Assembly: GCA_964400685.1 (NCBI GenBank)
Contig: CAYNVT010000007.1
Coordinates: 1 to 62,324, forward strand
From: an uncultured Bacteriovoracaceae bacterium
Lineage (GTDB): Bacteria; Desulfobacterota; Desulfomonilia; UBA1062
Length of the DNA stretch: 62,324 bases
Direction: 5' to 3'
Under the pieces are notes generated by a model, which saw only the letters and a program-made list of their open reading frames with translations, had not been told where the DNA came from and did no database searches. Positions 56,169-62,324 of the stretch are shown in pieces. A program made the translations under genes and the position numbers. Numbering within the stretch: position 1 is the first letter of the stretch; every line of letters starts with the position of its first letter.

Positions 56169-56742
56169 CATGCTGTTCGTCGGCGTCAAGGCCAAGTTCG
56201 CTGTCGCTCATGCCTTCGGCAGCCTTGACTCCTCCTCACTGCATGCTCACATGATATCATGGCCGACGGCGGGGGAATGGCCTTTTTCAACCTCAGACAA
56301 AGGAATACTTATGAAAGGAGAAAATCAAAATCATGGTTTGAGAAAAAATCCGTCGGGTATAAAAAGGAAAATCCACCTTATCTTAAATCATCTTTGGTCT
56401 AGACAATGGGGTTCACTTTATTCATCCCACCCTGGGATTACCTGTCCAACACCTATAACAAACGTAAATGGCTGATCCCTGTCAACCGAGCTGTCGAATT
56501 TTTTGCCGTTTTCAAGCGTCCCTGTATAATGCACCTTGACGTGTTTCCCGACACTCGGTGAGGCACCCTTGCCCACAACTTCATCGATATATTTAAGTCC
56601 GGATGCGGTTGTCACTGTCTTACCTCCCTCTCTGGCAAATGCAGGCAGTGCAATCAACACCGCCGCAATAACCAGTATTGAAATTATGACGGATCGTTTC
56701 ATTCATCAAACCTCCTGGTATTAATCTTTGTCTCTGGGCTTT

Positions 56743-57300
56743 TCAGCGATACAGATTCTTCTTTTTGTATTCACGGATAAGGTCTGCGGTATTGCTGGCC
56801 TCCTTAGCGTATTGAAGGGCTTTATCTCTCAGATCGCTTGCTGGTGACTCTGCTGCCACCTGCACCCACATGGAGGCAGCCTGATCGAAAGAGCTTATGG
56901 CATTCAGCCACTGGTGACTGTTCATCTGGTCTACTCCCTGATTGTATATGTCTTTCGCCCGGTTGAAGTCACTAAGCAGCTTTTCATTGGCTTCACTTCT
57001 ATTGACATTATCCTTTATGTCTTCTGCCTCTTTCCTGCAGTATTCAGCATTCTTAATGGAATTTTCCTGAATCTCCTTTGTGCTGCAGTCATTCATTGCA
57101 GCCGCCCGTTCAAACTGACCGGCTGCATTCAGGTAAAGCTCCTGTGCCTTCTGATAGTTTTTCTGGGATGCAAATGTTTTTGCAGTTTCAATGTTGGTTT
57201 TTGCGATATTGTAGAGGTCATCACACTGTCCGGCCACAACCTGCTGAACAGGTGCAGTGAGGCAGACAATGAAAAAGAGAGCAAATATTTTTTGAATATT
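56743..57300 (-). CDS. Secreted all-helical (TPR-like) hypothetical protein
   Basis: Signal peptide; two similar helical halves (A..LY..AA.QF / A...F..AASMW). Confidence 0.7.
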   Translation of the reverse strand, partial: NIQKIFALFFIVCLTAPVQQVVAGQCDDLYNIAKTNIETAKTFASQKNYQKAQELYLNAAGQFERAAAMNDCSTKEIQENSIKNAEYCRKEAEDIKDNVNRSEANEKLLSDFNRAKDIYNQGVDQMNSHQWLNAISSFDQAASMWVQVAAESPASDLRDKALQYAKEASNTADLIREYKKKNLYR

Positions 57301-57440
57301 CATTTTATTACCCCCGATCATCATATTTAATGAATCATCTGTGAGTCATACCTTCAGGTTTGTCAAAATAATTTTAATTTCAAGAATAAAGGCCTGCCTA
57401 TTTTCGCTAATTTGGAATCTTATCGTCTCAGTATCCATAA

Positions 57441-59546
57441 TTATTGAGCAGCCGGTATCACCGGCAGTTCGATTCTTGATGGATGTGTTTTAGTGCGCTT
57501 TATCGAAACGAGAGTTTCGGGACAGTCCCCAGGTTCATTGCCCGAGCACAGGAACGGGTTCATCTCGAAATTCTTATAGTCTGCGCAGGCTATGGCTATT
57601 CGTATCCTGTGGCCTTTTTTGAAAACCCATGATGTCGGCATCAAATCAAACCGCAGCTCGATGGCTTTGCCCCCTGCAAACGGTTTTTCGACGTACTGAT
57701 CCTTTTTGTACCCATGCCAGGGCAGATCGGGTTTTATGTCTGTTTTACCCTGCACCTGGTCGTTGTCATCATATTCATCCTTCCATCCGGCGCGAAGCTC
57801 ACCCTCGGTCACATAAAGCGATCTTCCCGACTCGTCCACATCGGTGAGGTATACATAGAAATCACCGTCATCCCTGCTGGACGAAACCCATATGTCCGCC
57901 ACAGGATGTCCGGTTACCTCAATGTCACCTGCCAGTATCTCCGTCTCATAGATCAGGCATTTTTCATCAAGAGCGGTCCGGTCCATCAACCCGTCGGGCG
58001 TGTACATCATCAGCCAGCGGTTGGTTTTGTTCTTTCCGTAGCTCGAGCTGTGGGTGAAGTCCGCCTTATATGTATCGGAACCTTCACTTGAAGCCTTTTG
58101 TGACAGTCCGCCTTTGGAATCAAGGTAAAAAGGCGTTACTTCCTGGCGTTCAAGCGGCCATTCGTTTTCGGTCCTCCAGCCCGAGTTCATGACATAGATG
58201 TTCACGGGCGGCTGTGTCTCGATTCCGTTTTCTATCCCCTTTAAATAAAAGTCGAAAAAGCGGAGCCGTTCATCGGCTATCTGCTTCGTATAGTCTCCTT
58301 CGTAATCGAAATATTTCTTATACCGTCTGGTTATGAATGGATAATAGTGGAACCTGGGTGCAATGTTCAACCGGGCTGCTGTCTTCCCTTCCATCGTTGC
58401 ATAAAGTTTTGCAGTGCCCTTGGTGAAACCGTCGAACCATCCGCCTACGTTATAAACAGCAATGCCTGATGCTATTATTTCATTTATATAGAAGACCGGG
58501 CTGCTGTCGACGAAGCGTGTGTCGCCGGTAATTTCCGGAGCCGTACTGTCGAAATATGGCGCATTCTTTCTGGCGAAGAAGTTGAAGGGAATATCCGCTG
58601 TATGCTCTTTCGTGGCATTGAAGTAGATGTCCTGCCTTTTTTTATCATCACCATACCTGGGTGCACCGTTATCAAGGAATGAACCGTCTTTCATAAGCGG
58701 CATTTCATCGGAGATGTCCCCATCGCCATCCTCATCCTTTGCAGGCGTAGTTGGCAGGCTCATTTTACCGGGATCGAACCGGTTGAGATTAAGGTTCTGC
58801 AGAAATTCACTATACCTTTCTATCCACGCGATGGCATCGATTCCGCCGGGCCGTATACCTTCGGTAAAGCCGTCGGCCAGTATCATCTCGGGCATGATAC
58901 AGGTCAGAGCCCTGGGATGCTTTGCTGCTATCATGAGTTGAATCCAGCCAAGATATGACTGCCCTGTCATTCCGACTTTCCCGTTCGACCAGGGCTGTGA
59001 GCCGATCCAGTCCACCATCTCTTTCCCGTCTTCAGCTATCGCCGGAGTAAAGGGAATCTGCGACCCGTAGGAGGCACCTGTTCCGCGCATATCAGCAACG
59101 ACAATGGCGTACCCGTGAGAAAGAAAAAGCTTCGTATCGTACTTTAAGGAATAATCGAAAACAGGGCCCGAAGTTCCTTTGGTTATCCGGGCAATGGCTT
59201 TTTCATACCACGCCATCTGCGGATACAGATACGACCTGCCATACGGCGTGAAGATGAATATGGCGGGAAACTTATCTGTTTTAGGGCCGTCCTTCGGCAG
59301 AAATACATCCACCACCAGTTTCGTCCCGTCACTCATTACAACAAATGTCGTTTCCTTGCTGATGCCCTTGAATTCCGGGACACCATATCCCGAATATTTG
59401 AACGGTTCGCTAACACGTTTTCCTGACGTATCCTGAGAAGTCGCACCTGTTACTGTTTGCGCCGCTTCCCTGGATGCAAAACCATTCTGGAAACCTGTAA
59501 TCACGAATACAGCTGCCAGTAATAAACAGATTAGATTTTTTTTCAT
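57441..59546 (-). CDS. Secreted CocE/NonD family hydrolase
   Basis: Signal peptide; TPYGR, DMRGTGASYG, GQSYLG, GGWFD, HRIRIAI. Confidence 0.92.
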   Translation of the reverse strand: MKKNLICLLLAAVFVITGFQNGFASREAAQTVTGATSQDTSGKRVSEPFKYSGYGVPEFKGISKETTFVVMSDGTKLVVDVFLPKDGPKTDKFPAIFIFTPYGRSYLYPQMAWYEKAIARITKGTSGPVFDYSLKYDTKLFLSHGYAIVVADMRGTGASYGSQIPFTPAIAEDGKEMVDWIGSQPWSNGKVGMTGQSYLGWIQLMIAAKHPRALTCIMPEMILADGFTEGIRPGGIDAIAWIERYSEFLQNLNLNRFDPGKMSLPTTPAKDEDGDGDISDEMPLMKDGSFLDNGAPRYGDDKKRQDIYFNATKEHTADIPFNFFARKNAPYFDSTAPEITGDTRFVDSSPVFYINEIIASGIAVYNVGGWFDGFTKGTAKLYATMEGKTAARLNIAPRFHYYPFITRRYKKYFDYEGDYTKQIADERLRFFDFYLKGIENGIETQPPVNIYVMNSGWRTENEWPLERQEVTPFYLDSKGGLSQKASSEGSDTYKADFTHSSSYGKNKTNRWLMMYTPDGLMDRTALDEKCLIYETEILAGDIEVTGHPVADIWVSSSRDDGDFYVYLTDVDESGRSLYVTEGELRAGWKDEYDDNDQVQGKTDIKPDLPWHGYKKDQYVEKPFAGGKAIELRFDLMPTSWVFKKGHRIRIAIACADYKNFEMNPFLCSGNEPGDCPETLVSIKRTKTHPSRIELPVIPAAQ

Positions 59547-59896
59547 TTTATAACTCTCCTTCAGGACTTCATGTGGATAAGGAGTATAAACAAATGATTC
59601 TTCTATTAATGATGCAATCCTGTTAATTAATTTATTCCACTCACTTATAACACAAGCTTTCAAAAATGTTATTTTTCTCTTAAATATATCGGGTTCTCAT
59701 ACCCGCATACCAGACATTTTTCTCTGTGCATGCACAGTAATTTTCAGCAATTACTGCATTTCCACCTTGCTTCCTCCTGATTTACAAATCCTCTGATCCC
59801 ATGCCTTTTTAATTGATTCAAAGTTTGCGAAAATGCTTACATTATATTGTGTTGTATATCTCTTGTTTAAATCCTTTATCATCCTGCTATGTTCTT

Positions 59897-60100
59897 TTAT
59901 ATCTTGCCCTTTGATACCAGCTCTGCAAAATATTCGAACGACCTGATGTGTTTCTTTTCTTCATCCCCCGGAAAACAGCAGGCAGGCAGTTTCCTGCTCT
60001 TCAGATGATATTCCAGACAGTCGCAGCACACGCCCTTCCTGCTGCACTGCTCTGTGGTACAGTTGCATCTTTCAAGGTTCTTCTCTTTTCTGCATTCCAC
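59897..60100 (-). CDS. Small Cys-rich protein (DUF6485-like)
   Basis: CNC...CSRKGVCCDCLEYH...LPACCF. Confidence 0.78.
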   Translation of the reverse strand: MECRKEKNLERCNCTTEQCSRKGVCCDCLEYHLKSRKLPACCFPGDEEKKHIRSFEYFAELVSKGKI

Positions 60101-60178
60101 GATTATTCCTCTTTATTTCTTAAATTAGTAAAATCTGAAACGTGGGTGCTGCGACCTAATGAGTGTTGCTATCCAAGG

Positions 60179-61699
60179 CTATTTTTCATTGGCGATAATC
60201 AACCTGGACATGCGATCCGAATGCGCCAGGATGAAGAAGTGCGGTCCGCAGCATGGCGCTATTGGAAAGATGGAGGCATCGCATACGAACAGCCCGGGAT
60301 AGTTGAATACCTCACACGTGTGGTCGATGACACCTTCCTTAATGCTCTCCGCCATGGCGCATCCGCCCGTCGGGTGGACCGAACCGATACCCTTCCAGGC
60401 CCCGGTGCGTTCGATCCTGGCAAGCTTTAAACGGCGCTTCTCTTCGCTGATGGGCTTGCCAACGGCATCCACCTCCATGGCGATCTTCTTCTGCGCGATA
60501 TTGGCGCGACGATGGCAATCCTGTGACGGATAGTAGATATCCACAACATCTTTGGCCGGAAAGATTCTACCGATGGGCTCTTCCCGGGAAAGGGACAGGA
60601 ACGGCATAATCCTGCCAGTGAGAATGTTGAGAGGCCACGGCACCCAGTTTAAGACGGACGATGAGCAGGAGAACTGATGGAAATCGAAATCATACGTATC
60701 CGAGGCAATCTCGTGGTAGCGGAACAGGCATGGATTACGCCCGTGCTCCAGCCTGGCGTGCGGGACGAATTTGAACCCGATCCGGTCGCCGTTGAAGCCC
60801 CACCTGTAACCCAGCTTATCACTGATCATGGGTAGCCCGTCAACCGTATTGGCCCGTGATGCGAACAGGAGCCTTGCGGTATTCAGCGCGCCTGCGCCTA
60901 CTACCACTTTGGCGGCGCAAAGCGATTGTCTGGCGCCGCTGTTAAGGTCCACGTAGTCAACAATGTATCCTGTCTTTGCCTTTCTGATACCGGTAGCCTC
61001 GGCCAGGTCGCGGATCTCGCCCCCGTGCTTAAGCACCAGTTGCAGATAGGTAATGTCCATGCTGTTCTTGGACAAACGATTGTCGCCCGTAAGTTCGTTG
61101 CCGCTGTAGTCGTTGTTTTTCTGCCTGCAGCCGAAGGCGTTGATACGCTCTTCATCCTTGTCGGGTCCGCTGCCCCACCAGATGCTCGTTTCCTGTGGAT
61201 GGGCCGTTATATCGGGGATACGCTCGCAGGCTTTGTCGATTGCGTCCATGTACCAGGTATTCTTCCTGGCATAGGACGGCTCGACTATTCTGGCGACATT
61301 GTCAAAGTGGCGCTCCATTTCTTCCCGTGTGATTTCCTCGGGATAATGGTCGTAAATATCCCGCGGCGGTTTATCCAGAAAACCTCCGATGACCAGTGAA
61401 GCCCCACCCACCCCGCAGGGAATGAGGATGATGTATCCGTTGACGATATAGGCCTCCAGAAGGCCTTCCTTCTTGTTGATTCCTATATATTTTTTAATGA
61501 GCGGAGAACTCCATCCCACGCCCCGCAGATGTTTTACGAATTCGAACAATCCCTCGGGATATGGCTGTCTTCCCTGGAGGGACCCCCACCAGGTGCCGCG
61601 TTCAAGCACGCACACCTTCGCTCCGGCCTCGGACAGATTGCCCGCAGCAGGTGCCGCTCCGCAACCGCTTCCAATAAAGATGACATCGAATTTATCCAT
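60179..61699 (-). CDS. GMC oxidoreductase (cholesterol oxidase-like)
   Basis: IGSGCGAA FAD motif, VLERG, GVGGASL, HPTGGC, GLFVCDASIFP. Confidence 0.88.
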   Translation of the reverse strand: MDKFDVIFIGSGCGAAPAAGNLSEAGAKVCVLERGTWWGSLQGRQPYPEGLFEFVKHLRGVGWSSPLIKKYIGINKKEGLLEAYIVNGYIILIPCGVGGASLVIGGFLDKPPRDIYDHYPEEITREEMERHFDNVARIVEPSYARKNTWYMDAIDKACERIPDITAHPQETSIWWGSGPDKDEERINAFGCRQKNNDYSGNELTGDNRLSKNSMDITYLQLVLKHGGEIRDLAEATGIRKAKTGYIVDYVDLNSGARQSLCAAKVVVGAGALNTARLLFASRANTVDGLPMISDKLGYRWGFNGDRIGFKFVPHARLEHGRNPCLFRYHEIASDTYDFDFHQFSCSSSVLNWVPWPLNILTGRIMPFLSLSREEPIGRIFPAKDVVDIYYPSQDCHRRANIAQKKIAMEVDAVGKPISEEKRRLKLARIERTGAWKGIGSVHPTGGCAMAESIKEGVIDHTCEVFNYPGLFVCDASIFPIAPCCGPHFFILAHSDRMSRLIIANEK

Positions 61700-61742
61700 G
61701 CGACTTCCCCAGTTTGCCATTATGCATGTTGCCGGCGATTGT

Positions 61743-62159
61743 CTAATCTGCTTTGTTTCTAAGCAGGTACCCGAAAGGAACAGCCCACAGATCGCCGGCA
61801 ATGAATACCGCATAGCCTGCAATCAGGGCCCACGATGAACGCACGTCAAGCTCGCGCCTTTTGATCAGGCCTCCCACAACCAGAGAGAACCAGACGACCT
61901 TGTAGACAAACTGGAGCATCAGGACAGGCGCCCATTTCTTCGGGTTTCTCAGTCCCATGAACGACAAGAGGCCAAAAGCGAAATACACGGAACCGCTGAT
62001 GCCGAAGACGATATCATCCTGCCTCTTCCACATGAAGAGCTTTTCCGTTTGCCTTGGAAACAGCATTATGGCAAGCCCCAGCAAGGTTGCGGCCACGGCT
62101 GTCAACCAATACTGAAAACGCATTCCTCTCATTCTGAAATCACTGACCGGTGACGACAT
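61743..62159 (-). CDS. Hypothetical 4-TM membrane protein
   Basis: AGGAGG RBS; hydrophobic helices; directly upstream of the GMC gene. Confidence 0.72.
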   Translation of the reverse strand: MSSPVSDFRMRGMRFQYWLTAVAATLLGLAIMLFPRQTEKLFMWKRQDDIVFGISGSVYFAFGLLSFMGLRNPKKWAPVLMLQFVYKVVWFSLVVGGLIKRRELDVRSSWALIAGYAVFIAGDLWAVPFGYLLRNKAD

Positions 62160-62324
62160 GGGAGAACCTCCTTTTGAACATTCCAATTTGGTTTAGGATA
62201 GTATTTATATTTTGTCAATTTCAGGTATGGTAAGATTTCAGAAGGAATAGGTATAGCGACTCGGGCACATTTAAGCACTACTGGTCATTAAGGTCATACC
62301 GGCCTAAGTCCTTGAGAGTTTCAA

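Larger units (their letters stand above)
54943..56420 (+). mobile_element. IS3-family insertion sequence, 1478 bp
   Basis: IRL TATAATGAACCCCGTTTTTTCAGACCA, IRR(rc) TAAAGTGAACCCCATTGTCTAGACCA; TTC duplicated at 54940-42 and 56421-23. Confidence 0.95.
54796..56702 (-). pseudogene. FKBP-type peptidyl-prolyl isomerase split by IS
   Basis: N-part 56702-56421 ends ...QVIPGWDE; C-part 54942-54796 reads [23 protein letters not shown]...[10 protein letters not shown]; rejoins in frame. Confidence 0.95.

Overview
62.3-kb bacterial chromosomal window. Gene content (ACAD/ETF fatty-acid genes, split class I fumarase, hydantoinase-HDAC pair, DUF3795/DUF6485-like Cys proteins) suggests an anaerobic Desulfobacterota/Syntrophales-like organism, but that is inference only. 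Most of it is ordinary metabolism plus miaB, greB and tRNA-Val(CAC). Four accessory zones stand out. (1) 0.4-4.3 kb: an AT-rich, all-minus-strand array (decayed relBE-like pair, AAA+/DUF4143 ATPase, HEPN-motif gene plus partner) punctuated by four co-oriented 29-bp quasi-palindromic sites. The sites have tyrosine-recombinase core-like 7-7-7 geometry and each carries an Asn-Asn-stop. They are not attC, dif or CRISPR, and this is my best candidate for an undescribed gene-cassette system; no recombinase is in the window. (2) 11.6-24 kb: a cluster of four exported proteins (WG-repeat, Sec-signal RHS, FISUMP lipoprotein, WG-repeat); the WG paralogues share an N-module but have unrelated C-termini. 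(3) 26.6-28.6 kb: REPIN-like element, vapBC and a 120-bp MITE. (4) An IS3-family element with a 3-bp TSD that splits an FKBP gene and has orfB in the +1 frame behind an A9 tract. All family calls are by motif recognition; no database search was run.
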